DNA of 63,213 nucleotides, counting the filler, from Stramenopiles sp. TOSAG23-2 (lineage: Eukaryota), in assembly GCA_900128395.1 (NCBI GenBank). It is 6 parts of 6 records of this genome, joined end to end, with 100 filler letters (N's around TTAATTAATTAA, not from the genome) between each part and the next. Parts side by side here need not be neighbours in the genome. Positions count along the whole stretch, not along the records: positions 1 to 28,198 come from LT649405.1; 5 more parts are not named here. One strand, 5' to 3'. Below are positions 1 through 10,091 of the stretch, one piece after another; the first letter of the stretch is position 1; each line of letters starts with the position of its first letter. The notes beneath the pieces are model-generated. The model was not told the DNA's origin. It saw nothing but the letters and a program-made list of their open reading frames with translations, and ran no database searches. A program made the position numbers and the translations under genes.

Positions 1-110
1 CCAGGATAATTCTTTAAAAAATCGCTAAATTTCTCTTGAATATGGTGATTCTTATTTGGACTACTAATTATTGTACTTATATATATGCGATTTCCCTACC
101 TACTTCCGGG

Positions 111-311
111 TTAACAGGTACACAGGACTGGTTATTGGCAATGAACAAATAACCAGTGCTGTGCTGGCGTATCACTTTTATGGACCCGATCTGCTCTCCT
201 CATTATTTTTTTTTTTTTATAATAATTAACAGGTACACAGGACTGGTTATTGGCAATGCACAAATAACCAGTGCTGTGTAGGCGCATCACTTTTATGGAA
301 AATGGACCCGA
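111..311. repeat. Two ~80-bp direct repeat copies, each containing a hairpin
   Basis: TTAACAGGTACACAGGACTGGTTATTGGCAATG..CAAATAACCAGTGCTGTG..ATCACTTTTATGGA starts at 111 and at 226; internal stems CACAG/CTGTG and ACTGGTTATT/AATAACCAGT. Confidence 0.9.
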
Positions 312-869
312 TTAGTTAGCTAGGCCTGTACAAATATCCATACTCTCAGCTCAGCTCAGCTATAGGCGTTTCAAAAAATATCTCCAAAATTCTAAATTTA
401 TTATAGACCATATGACCACATTTAAAATAAAAAATGTGTGTGATAATTTGTTTAAACGAACTAATACGGATGCATCCATCAATCGTATATATATATAGTT
501 GTATATATTTAAATTGAGATAATAAATTGATCAGGGTGGTATTCAATATATAATAATATAATAAAACCACCCTTCTACTTTTTTGTCATTTCTTCCTCTA
601 TTTTTATTTTATACCATATTCACCTTTGCAATATTTTTCGATCCAATGTACAAAATTACATTTGCAATTGCGTTTCCCGTTGAATTTTCATTTGAGTATG
701 GTTTCCCTGTTCCTGGATTAGCGACACGTGTGGCAATATGTGCAATATCCAGTGCTTTTCTAAAATATTTAGTACTCGTACTTCGTATTTTGAATGCTGC
801 ATTTGGCATGTCTATTAAATTGAGTGCTTGAAGGAATGTATATTTTAATAATACTCGTTAAACAAAATA

Positions 870-960
870 AACGCGAAAGATTAACTGAGGATGATATGAA
901 AGAGTTGGGCTTGAAAATGGGAGATCGAAAGCGAGTGGCAATGGCACAAGCTTATTTTAC
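870..960 (+). pseudogene. Possible SAM-domain gene fragment
   Basis: RLTEDDMKELGLKMGDRKRV resembles the last two helices of a SAM domain; no complete domain or convincing start is visible. Confidence 0.4.
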
Positions 961-1145
961 CAACCAACAAGTGTCATCAAGTGGTAGTGGGGTGTGTAAA
1001 ACGTGGTACATATATATACACTCTTCTAAAAAAATCGTGGTACTTTTTTAAATTTTATTTTCCAAAAATATATTTTTATAAAAAAACAAAAGCTTCTAAA
1101 ATGTGTGTATCATACATCAAAATACTCCCTCTTACTCTCTTCCTT

Positions 1146-3440
1146 TCAAAAATAATAATCAACCCACCCATCCATTTCTAATTTTAAATCAACATTTTTT
1201 TGCGTTATATCCCAAAAAGACATATTTAGATGTTTCAAACCCAATGCCGTAGCTATCCATGTCTGTGTCCATCCAGTTTCAACACTAAAAGCTCCCCATC
1301 CAGCATCTGCATCGCTACCCCATATCTCGAATTTTTCAAAATCAAATGCCCTGAAGTATGCACCAGAATAGTTTTTATTTTCTGATCTTGACTGAATACG
1401 TATTAAAAAATCTTCGAGCTTATTTAACGCGTTTCCAATGGTGGTATTTTCTCCTTGCAAACAATGATACGCTTCATTTAAACCTATTAAAGCAAAATTA
1501 GAGGTGTACAGTAAATCAGAGACTGGATCAGTATTCTCTTGGTTCAATGGTGCTTCAAATGTACCATAATCGTTATTGTTAGGGACTCTCGTGGTTTTAT
1601 TCCATCCTTGCGCACTGATTTCTTCGCGTATAGCACCTGTCTTTTCATCTTGTCTTTCTAACAAACCATTCAATACATTATGAAGCCAATCAACATGTTT
1701 TTCCGTATTATTTACATTTACAAGCCATGCTAAAGGCAATAACATTCGTGCACGTTGCATTGTAATCCCATTGGATGTTGGAATCCAATATGTAGGATAA
1801 TGCTCCATCATATGCTCAATTGCAAGGTAAGCACGATTGTAAAACGGTTGGTATTGTGTATTCTGATAGGCCCATAAATATACAGCCCATAAATAACTAT
1901 GATAATGTGGACTATAATTGCTTCCTTCGTTTGAATAATCACTGTTATGGTATGATTCCCATCCATTTTTTATAATATCATCAAACGAAGCACTTGCTGG
2001 TCCAAATCCATTTATCCCCGTGATTCTAAAATTGGCTAAAATAGTAGAAATTAATATTGTATTATATTTCTCAGTTTTTAATAAAGAAGAAGTTGCAATA
2101 CCAGCAAGAATCCCTCTCGCAGCATCGTCTTTGTAGAAACGGCTAATACTAGCAACAGTAGAATCATCCCATTTCAAAAGCCCAAATGTGTCACCATTTG
2201 GATCTGGGGATAGTCGTGGAAAGAAACCATTTACAAAACTACCATGTATCCAAGCATAATTTAATAAATTGGAAGAGATAATTTCAAATTGATTTTCATT
2301 TTTTCCATTATTATTATTATTATTATCCAAATAATGTTTCATTGCAAATAACATAGCTGTTTCTGTTATACAATCATCACGTAAAGCATTTGCTACTTTT
2401 TGGGAACCATTTGGTAATATGCTTGTTGTAAAACCTTCAATGACACCTAATTTTCCATATGCATTCAAATTTGTTACTTTAATGCGATTCCCTTGTTTTC
2501 TATTTAATAAATTATACGACAACATCCCAGCATCAATAAACCAATTAATTGTATTATTTACAGCTATCAGATTCGCATTTGATGGTAAAGTTTGATTGAT
2601 AAAATACATAGCTTGAATTGTTGGAGGTTCGTATGATAATTTTTGAATCTCGTCGCTTTTCAATAAAAAGTTGAATATATGATCCATAAGAATAGTCCAT
2701 GATTTATATGGAGAAAATCTACCAACAATAAATGTAGATAATTTTGATGTTGAATATAATATATTACTATTATTATTATTATTATTATCATCATTATTCA
2801 TAAAATATAGTAATGGATATGTATTATTATTATTATCAGGCAAGGTACAGTTGTTATAACCAGCAACTTTACTAAAAACAAGCAGAGGAATATAATCATT
2901 TGAATTGGTTTTTGAATATTTTGTATCGATAAAATATGATTTGTGACTGTTTAAAAGCCTTCCGTAATAAAAATCTTCCTCTTTAAAAAATGTATTTGAT
3001 GTAACTACAACTCTTTCTAAATTTACTTGTGATATTATTGTAGGTGCTAATACATTATAATCATTAATAGAATGTTGTCCAAATTCAATATACAATTTAA
3101 TATTTTTTTTATTAACCATATTTTTTATGTCGGTGCTTAAATTGGTTGCAACTTTTGGATATGACGGTGCAAGTGAAATTACAATGCTATTTATACTTGC
3201 AGCGTTTACAGTTTCTGATAATGATTCGAAGCAACCATTTAATTTATATCCGGAATTACTTATTGCATTTAAAAAATTATTATTACTTTCAGCTTTATTG
3301 CAATGAGTAAAAATTTCCACATTATTATTATTATTACGTCTTGCAAATATTATTGGCGATATATAAATCTGAATCAATAATATTATATATAGAATAAATA
3401 ATAATGATGGCTTTTTCATCATATACATGTTCAATTTCAT
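1146..3440 (-). CDS. Secreted 764-aa protein, probably six-hairpin (alpha/alpha) glycosidase-like fold, function unknown
   Basis: Long ORF with hydrophobic N-terminal signal; helical, aromatic- and acid-rich C-terminal half (RDDCITETAM, FYKDDAAR, AFDFEKFEIWGSDADAGWG..ETGWT). The fold assignment is inference. Confidence 0.55.
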   Translation of the reverse strand: MKLNMYMMKKPSLLFILYIILLIQIYISPIIFARRNNNNNVEIFTHCNKAESNNNFLNAISNSGYKLNGCFESLSETVNAASINSIVISLAPSYPKVATNLSTDIKNMVNKKNIKLYIEFGQHSINDYNVLAPTIISQVNLERVVVTSNTFFKEEDFYYGRLLNSHKSYFIDTKYSKTNSNDYIPLLVFSKVAGYNNCTLPDNNNNTYPLLYFMNNDDNNNNNNSNILYSTSKLSTFIVGRFSPYKSWTILMDHIFNFLLKSDEIQKLSYEPPTIQAMYFINQTLPSNANLIAVNNTINWFIDAGMLSYNLLNRKQGNRIKVTNLNAYGKLGVIEGFTTSILPNGSQKVANALRDDCITETAMLFAMKHYLDNNNNNNGKNENQFEIISSNLLNYAWIHGSFVNGFFPRLSPDPNGDTFGLLKWDDSTVASISRFYKDDAARGILAGIATSSLLKTEKYNTILISTILANFRITGINGFGPASASFDDIIKNGWESYHNSDYSNEGSNYSPHYHSYLWAVYLWAYQNTQYQPFYNRAYLAIEHMMEHYPTYWIPTSNGITMQRARMLLPLAWLVNVNNTEKHVDWLHNVLNGLLERQDEKTGAIREEISAQGWNKTTRVPNNNDYGTFEAPLNQENTDPVSDLLYTSNFALIGLNEAYHCLQGENTTIGNALNKLEDFLIRIQSRSENKNYSGAYFRAFDFEKFEIWGSDADAGWGAFSVETGWTQTWIATALGLKHLNMSFWDITQKNVDLKLEMDGWVDYYF

Positions 3441-3879
3441 TTTTGCTTTATATTGTCTTTGATGGATTTTATTTCGTTGCCAATATATCTGTATATGTAT
3501 GTATATAACTCCCTCGTTATAAACCTGATCAATATAAAAGATACGTAAAATATTTTATGATAGGGGGAGGGACAGAGACGAGTGCACAACACACACCTTT
3601 CAGATTTTTTTAATTTCAGCGCTGTTGTCATCATCCAAGTTTTAAGTTCAACAATATCTCGAAAATCATGTTCGAAGAACGAAAACAAAAACAAAAGAAA
3701 GATTGTACACTTACACTGGTAGAACACAACATATTATATATTCATTGCGAGATTGATAGACTTACGGAACGAAAAGTAAAAGAGAAGGAACTGATACACT
3801 AGTCTTTTTTTAAAATATTAATATAAGAAGCCAAGATACATATAGAAAAATTTATCTCATACAACAACGAAAAATAATA

Positions 3880-4167
3880 ATGAAAACTATTTACAACATG
3901 ATTCTTCTTACATCCATGGTAGTCATTGGCACCGCTGCCACGAACGACATTTTTCTTCGCGGTGCAGATGGTCAATGCACTCGATGCGAACTTCATAATT
4001 GCTGCTCCAATGGCTTGAAATGCAAAGCAGATGGCCATGATGGTATTTGCACTACATGTAAAGGAAAGTATGAATCTCCATGTGGTGACAAGTGCTGTAA
4101 CTCTGGCGAGGAATGCAATGGTGGTTCGTGTACAATACCATTAAAAATCCAAATTGCAGAGCATTAA
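3880..4167 (+). CDS. Small secreted cysteine-rich protein with two C-C-CC-C-C modules
   Basis: Signal peptide, LRG, then 12 Cys in two six-Cys units. Confidence 0.8.
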   Translation: MKTIYNMILLTSMVVIGTAATNDIFLRGADGQCTRCELHNCCSNGLKCKADGHDGICTTCKGKYESPCGDKCCNSGEECNGGSCTIPLKIQIAEH

Positions 4168-4388
4168 AAAAAAATAAAAAGTATGATACAGGTATGCAAC
4201 GTATTATATAATATGATTTTTTTAATATACGGCTTCGTAAAAATTTTCTCTTACTCATGTTTTAATATATATTATATATATATATATATATTGGTATTTG
4301 GTAATTACACATATATATAGTGAATATAAGAATTTTTTATATTCGTATTTGAAAACACAAAGAGATACATGTATATATCCAAATTTTT

Positions 4389-5669
4389 TTACAATTTACT
4401 ACTTTTTTTCTTCTTTTTGTTTAAGACAAACCTATCAACTCGTTCAATCACATTGTCACGTATATTTCCCCAAAAATATAAATAATCACATACGTGGTAT
4501 CCAAAAGGAAAGGAACCACCTGGTATTGGTGCACCGAATATATGATACCAATTTTTTAATTCTGGAAGATGTTCTGGTGGATCAGGAATCAGCAATTCAC
4601 CTGTTGTACTATTTATTTGTGTAGTAAATGTCCATTTGTTTTTATTATTGTTTCCATTATTAGGATTAAATAAAATATTTGGATCGAATCTCTTACCTAT
4701 TCCTTCTGCAACTGCACCAAATGCTAATCCAAGCATTGGATTTTCTGCATTTTCGATTGGTTTACCACCTGGACCATTAAATTTTATTTTTAAATTTAAA
4801 ATTCCTGTATTATAGGAACCAGATATAGGATTTACATCCCCCCCCGATCGCCATGTATATGGATTTGTTCCAATTATTTTAATTCCATCCGATGGTGGTT
4901 CTGCTTTTACACTTGCAGTATCCCAACCAATTACGACTCCAGATTCAAATGGACTTTGACACATTTTTAAATATTTATATTCATCAATTCTTTTCATTGG
5001 TATTCTAGCACCAATCATATAACATGCGATAAAGTTTGATTTTAATTCTTTCCAGTTATGTTCCAACTCTTCTTCAAGCAAACGTGACATATGACCTGAA
5101 CCTTGTGAATGTGACGCAAGAATGAAAGGTCTTCCATTATTATAATGTTGAATGTAATATCTAAATGCATTTGCAACATCATCGTATGCTAATGACCATG
5201 GATCTTTCGATGAATCATTATCTTTGCTAACATCCATTTGATCAGATGGTTTAATTAGTTTATCTCCCATGTAATACAATGCAGCACTTCCTTGTCGATA
5301 TTTTGGAGCATAGATTCTACAACGAGAAGAAAATGCTGATGCTTGGCCTGCTAACATAAAGCGTGTACGTTCATTTGCTTGTTCATCATCCGCTGGTTGA
5401 TTTAAATATTCAAAACCAAAGTATCCCGTCGGATGCACAAAAAAACAATCACATGGTCTATCTTTATTATCTAACAATGGTTCATCTACAGGTTCTAAAT
5501 CTGCATACGAAACAGGACCACTAGGCAACGCAGCCCATGATTCTTTCTTTGAATAATCGTATTTTGGTGGCGGTGGTTTTACTTTAATTGCAATCTCTTT
5601 TGGTAAATTCATGCCATCTAAATATTCACTTCTTTTCTCATTAAATGCATCATTATCTTTTTCATTCAT
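4389..5669 (-). CDS. DUF3089-family alpha/beta hydrolase with peroxisomal targeting signal
   Basis: SWAALP, DCFFVHPT, QASAF, IYAPKYRQ, YNNGRPFILASHSQGS (nucleophile elbow), GYHVCDY; ends in SKL. Confidence 0.9.
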   Translation of the reverse strand: MNEKDNDAFNEKRSEYLDGMNLPKEIAIKVKPPPPKYDYSKKESWAALPSGPVSYADLEPVDEPLLDNKDRPCDCFFVHPTGYFGFEYLNQPADDEQANERTRFMLAGQASAFSSRCRIYAPKYRQGSAALYYMGDKLIKPSDQMDVSKDNDSSKDPWSLAYDDVANAFRYYIQHYNNGRPFILASHSQGSGHMSRLLEEELEHNWKELKSNFIACYMIGARIPMKRIDEYKYLKMCQSPFESGVVIGWDTASVKAEPPSDGIKIIGTNPYTWRSGGDVNPISGSYNTGILNLKIKFNGPGGKPIENAENPMLGLAFGAVAEGIGKRFDPNILFNPNNGNNNKNKWTFTTQINSTTGELLIPDPPEHLPELKNWYHIFGAPIPGGSFPFGYHVCDYLYFWGNIRDNVIERVDRFVLNKKKKKSSKL

Positions 5670-6631
5670 TGTATATATATATATGTATATTGACTCTCTG
5701 TTGTTGTTTTTGTTGTTGTTGTATATTATTATTATTATGTATATGATTTACTTTTACTCTCTAGACTAACTAGGCCGCCCATCTGTGGGGTGCCTATTTT
5801 TTTGTAAACCGGCTCCTTACTCCAATTGTTGTTGTTGTATATATATTTTAGATATTTTAGATATTTTCATAGTTGATTATGATTATTTCTTACGCAAAAA
5901 AAGGATAATATGTCAAACTTTTTTAAAAATATTATAAGTATGAATTTTGTATACTAATATTCCAATCAATGTGATTTTTGGTCAAATAGGAACAAATGAA
6001 GAATTATAGTAATAGCATAACTATACCATTATAGGAAATATATTATCGTTTTTTAAAATGCCAATTTTATTTTTTGTAGAATTGGAAAAAATAGCAAATA
6101 TCCGAAAACATAGAAAAAATGATGAATATTTCCCCCATAGTGAATAGTTTTAAGTGTACAGTTTTGACACGGTTTGTTGTTGTTGATAATTCTTATTATA
6201 ATAATCAATAAATACTTATAATATTATTAATAATTTTTTTTATATTATTGCAATATTATATATTATTATTATTAGAATTATATATATGGACTAATATACG
6301 TGTGTGTGTGTGTGTTAAGAATGTATGAATAACTGAAACAACAAGAAAGAGATTCATATCAATTTCCAAACGAGTCCAATTTTTATTGTTATTGTTATTG
6401 TTGTTGTTTAAAAACAAAAACAAATTAATATAATAATACAAATATTCATAATTATTCAAGCTGTCGAGACGAAAATTAAACAAAAAAACATTGGTAGAGG
6501 GTACCAATAAAAAAATTAAACCTAATAATAGTAACAATTCATCATCACCAAAACGAAAAAATAGAAAAAGTACTAGGACAAGCTCTACCAGAAATCAAAA
6601 GAAACAATTGAAAACAGAAAAAGACGAAATA

Positions 6632-8332
6632 ATGCCAACGACAAAAACAGCAGCAGAACTACCACAATCAACTTCAATAAACGATAAATATGGAAAAGTA
6701 GAAATTACACCATCAAGATGGTTCTCGATAGAGATGTATATTTTTTACATCGCTCTTATAATGTTTTTCGTTTATCCTTTAGCATTGTTTAGCCCAATAG
6801 CACGGAAGGTGTGCGACGAGAATCCACGATGTACACATTATTTGCGTGACAGTTGGATCGGAAGCATGGACCTTGCGGATGATCAATGGAGGGAATTTCG
6901 TAATAATATACCAATATTAATTGCTGCTTCGATATCTTTTTTATTAATAAGTCGTAGCGTTAGACATTATTGCAATGTTCAAATGCGTTTGGTTTGGTAC
7001 ACCATATCTTCCATCTTCTATATATGGTTGATATCGGGTGTTGGTGGTACGGTGATAGTACTTCTTATTACAACAATTAATTTTGGAATTGGTAAATCTT
7101 TTGGTAATTCTAAATTTAATCCAATAGTTACATGGGGGTTTGGTGTGATCTTAATGTATATGAATGAATTTCATCGTGATAAATTAAAGTTACGATATTT
7201 ATTTGGTTCCACTATGGCAATCTATGATCGTCCTGGTATTTTAAATATTCCAACCCAAATGTATATGCGTTTTATTTTTTTACGCATGGTATCCTTCAAT
7301 GTGGATTATTATTGGGCATTAAATGGTACAGGGGGAAAAGCATCTGGATGGCATTTGAAACAATTAGAACGTTATACGGAGAAGGAACGTGATGATATTG
7401 CTTCTGGTGGTGGGCCATATGGTTGGAGGGAAAAATCATCCAGGCCATTATCGGATTACAATTACATGGCATATTTGAGTTCCATCTTTTACATACCATT
7501 GATGTTAACGGGGCCTATATTGCCATTCAATGCATTTATTTCATACGTACACAAAATGCAAAATTCAATGAATACACGTTCGTTAAGCTTTTATTGTTTA
7601 AGGCTTGGAATATCATTTTTATTATTGGAAATATTTGCACATTATTATCCAGTAATCGCTATTTGTAAATCTGGTGCATATTCATCGATGAAACCACATG
7701 AATTAGCTGCGCTTGTATACGTAACATTAAAAACGATGTGGTTGAAATTTTTAATATTATGGAGATTTTTCCGTACATGGTCTTTATTTGATGGGATCGA
7801 ACCGGTGGAAAATATGAATCGTTGCATGTCTAATAATTGGACATTACAAGGATTTTGGAAATCATGGCATCGTTCTTTCAATCGATGGCTTGTACGATAT
7901 ATTTATATTCCAATCGGTGGAAGTAGATTCAAATATGTGAACGTCTTTGTAGTGTTTACATTTGTAGCATTGTGGCATGATATGAATTTTCAATTATTAG
8001 CATGGGGGTGGATCACAGGCGTAACATTTTTACCAGAAATGGCAATTGGTGTTATGTTTAAAAAAATCACTGCATTAAAAGCATTGAAACGTAAAAGTTA
8101 TTATCGTTTCATAGTTGCATTTGGTGGTGCAGGTAATATTTTATTACTAATGGCAGCAAATATGATTGGTTACAGTGTCGGCGTTAGCGGCACAGGAAAT
8201 ATTGCAGCTGCTATTACATGGGGACATTTCTTATTATTTATTTACGTATATACATGTTTGTATTTAGGTGTTATTTTTATGCAAGAATGGAGAGCAGAGG
8301 AACGAAGACAAGGAATTATTAAGCAGTTTTAA
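6632..8332 (+). CDS. GUP1: MBOAT membrane O-acyltransferase, GUP1/HHAT family
   Basis: DLADDQWREFR, GPILPFNAF, PVENMNRCMSNN, FWKSWHRSFNRWLVRYIYIP, FVALWHD (catalytic His). First ATG at 6632; the frame is open from about 6452, so the true start is uncertain. Confidence 0.9.
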   Translation: MPTTKTAAELPQSTSINDKYGKVEITPSRWFSIEMYIFYIALIMFFVYPLALFSPIARKVCDENPRCTHYLRDSWIGSMDLADDQWREFRNNIPILIAASISFLLISRSVRHYCNVQMRLVWYTISSIFYIWLISGVGGTVIVLLITTINFGIGKSFGNSKFNPIVTWGFGVILMYMNEFHRDKLKLRYLFGSTMAIYDRPGILNIPTQMYMRFIFLRMVSFNVDYYWALNGTGGKASGWHLKQLERYTEKERDDIASGGGPYGWREKSSRPLSDYNYMAYLSSIFYIPLMLTGPILPFNAFISYVHKMQNSMNTRSLSFYCLRLGISFLLLEIFAHYYPVIAICKSGAYSSMKPHELAALVYVTLKTMWLKFLILWRFFRTWSLFDGIEPVENMNRCMSNNWTLQGFWKSWHRSFNRWLVRYIYIPIGGSRFKYVNVFVVFTFVALWHDMNFQLLAWGWITGVTFLPEMAIGVMFKKITALKALKRKSYYRFIVAFGGAGNILLLMAANMIGYSVGVSGTGNIAAAITWGHFLLFIYVYTCLYLGVIFMQEWRAEERRQGIIKQF

Positions 8333-8429
8333 AGAGAGAGAAAAAAAATATTTTAATATATACAGTATGTGCATATATATATATATATACTGTATATACC
8401 ACTACTGGTGGAAGGTCTATTTTACTAGT

Positions 8430-9607
8430 AAGGGGCATAAAAATAGCTACCACACATCATTGATGTTAATGACCGCATCTCATGTTAATGACCGATTTTA
8501 GCCCTTGCTGTGTCAATGCTAAAATTGTTAATGACCGCTAAGGAGAACACAGCATTACAACTTTCGGTCATTAACAATTTGTTAATGACCGATGTTAATG
8601 ACCGAAAACACCATGGTATCTCCATGCTGAATAAATGTTAATGACCGACCATATTTCTACCAGGGTAATACAATGGGCCTTCGGTCATTAACATCGGTCA
8701 TTAACAATTTGTTAATGACCGAAATTCCCATAGCATGGAATAGCATTAACACCCAAAATCAGCCTTAAAATTACTATTTGCCTTAAAGTAAGAAGGAAAA
8801 ATAACCTAAGTTACTTGAAATATATAGATACATACATTCATGGATAATCAACATATACATAATTTATTCCAATCTTCACTAAATGCGCAGCGATGTGTAC
8901 AAAAAATGTTGTATCAAAAATTATGTTTTTTAAACTTACTATTATAACTCTTGTACCGAATCTCTTGACATCCAAGCTAATCAAACTTTCGTGAAGATTG
9001 CGGGATTAAATCTGTTTGAAATTGTCATTTTTATGAGAAAAATCTACCATATTTGTGGACAACATATCTGATTTTCACCAACAAAACGCTGTGTGTAGCT
9101 TCAAATTTTTGTACGGCATTTCCAACAGATATCAGTATTATTACTAAACAAAAGTTCTTGCATAATGTCATTAAGACGCCTTTTTATGTAACTACCCATA
9201 ATAACCAAGCAATTAGCAAACGATTGGTGGATAGTCTTCTGTCCCAAGTATGGTATACAATAATAGAACAACAAAGCATGTTAACAAACAAAACATTTAA
9301 AGCAATCTCACAGGATACATTTGAAAAGTTTCCAAATTACATTATTAGAGGAAATTGTACAATTCGTGATTGTGGGGTATATTTATTTTTGTTGTGAAAG
9401 TACATATGTGATGCCAAATGTTAATTTCTCTATTTTTCTCTAATTAAGGAAAAGCTAATAAATTGCACTGCCTCATTTTTATCTACAGTTTGGTATACTT
9501 TTAAATATAAATATATAGGAATATAATTAAAATAATCCCTTTTTTCCCTTCTTTTTCCCTTTTTTTGTGCCCCTTGCGCCTTCGGCGCTGGTTTTTTTAT
9601 GCCCCTT
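8430..9607. mobile_element. Putative non-autonomous DNA transposon with 14-bp TIRs and a subterminal repeat array
   Basis: AAGGGGCATAAAAA (8430) and TTTTTATGCCCCTT (ends 9607); GT on both flanks; 12-mer array at the left end; duplicated TIR motif with a GCGCCTTCGGCGC hairpin at the right end; no transposase seen. Confidence 0.55.
8464..8721. repeat. Array of ten TGTTAATGACCG 12-mers in both orientations
   Basis: Forward at 8464, 8483, 8526, 8580, 8593, 8636, 8710; reverse at 8565, 8682, 8695. Confidence 0.95.
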
Positions 9608-10091
9608 GTGCCTGGCCAAAGCCGTGGAAGGTGGTAGAGAGAGTAGAGGATTTTCCGGGATTTCAAAACATAAACGTCTAAGTATCATAATTTAGTATAC
9701 TAATTTATCCTATTAGATTTGAATAAAACACAAAAACGACCATTTCTTCTCTGCACCTCTCGCGAAATTTTTATTTGTGAGACCGAAAAATTAATATCAG
9801 TAGCTACCAGGTATAGCATGGCAATACCATTAATATTGGGAAGAAAGAAAAGATAGTAATCACACACATCGCCAGATATTGCTGGATGATTGCAAAAAAC
9901 TACATGTAGTCGTCTCTCAATCAAACAGAAGAAGATTGTAGCATTTAATCATAGAAGAAGATTCTAGGTGTAGAGATATATATATAAGCATTTAATCATA
10001 GAAGAAGAAGAAGATTGTACGCTTCTCTCTCTCTCTGTATATATATATATATATATAAATACATTATTGATTGAAAAAACGTCTTTCACCA

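Noticed and set aside
583-831. Overlapping short ORFs on both strands
   Set aside because: No recognisable family; possibly a gene fragment but not supportable.
8464-8721. 12-mer array as a CRISPR array or iteron set
   Set aside because: Repeats are only 12 bp, in mixed orientation and irregularly spaced; there are no cas or rep genes and the context is eukaryotic.
9053-9397. 114-aa ORF as a transposase remnant
   Set aside because: TTG start; no DDE or DNA-binding motif recognisable on either strand.
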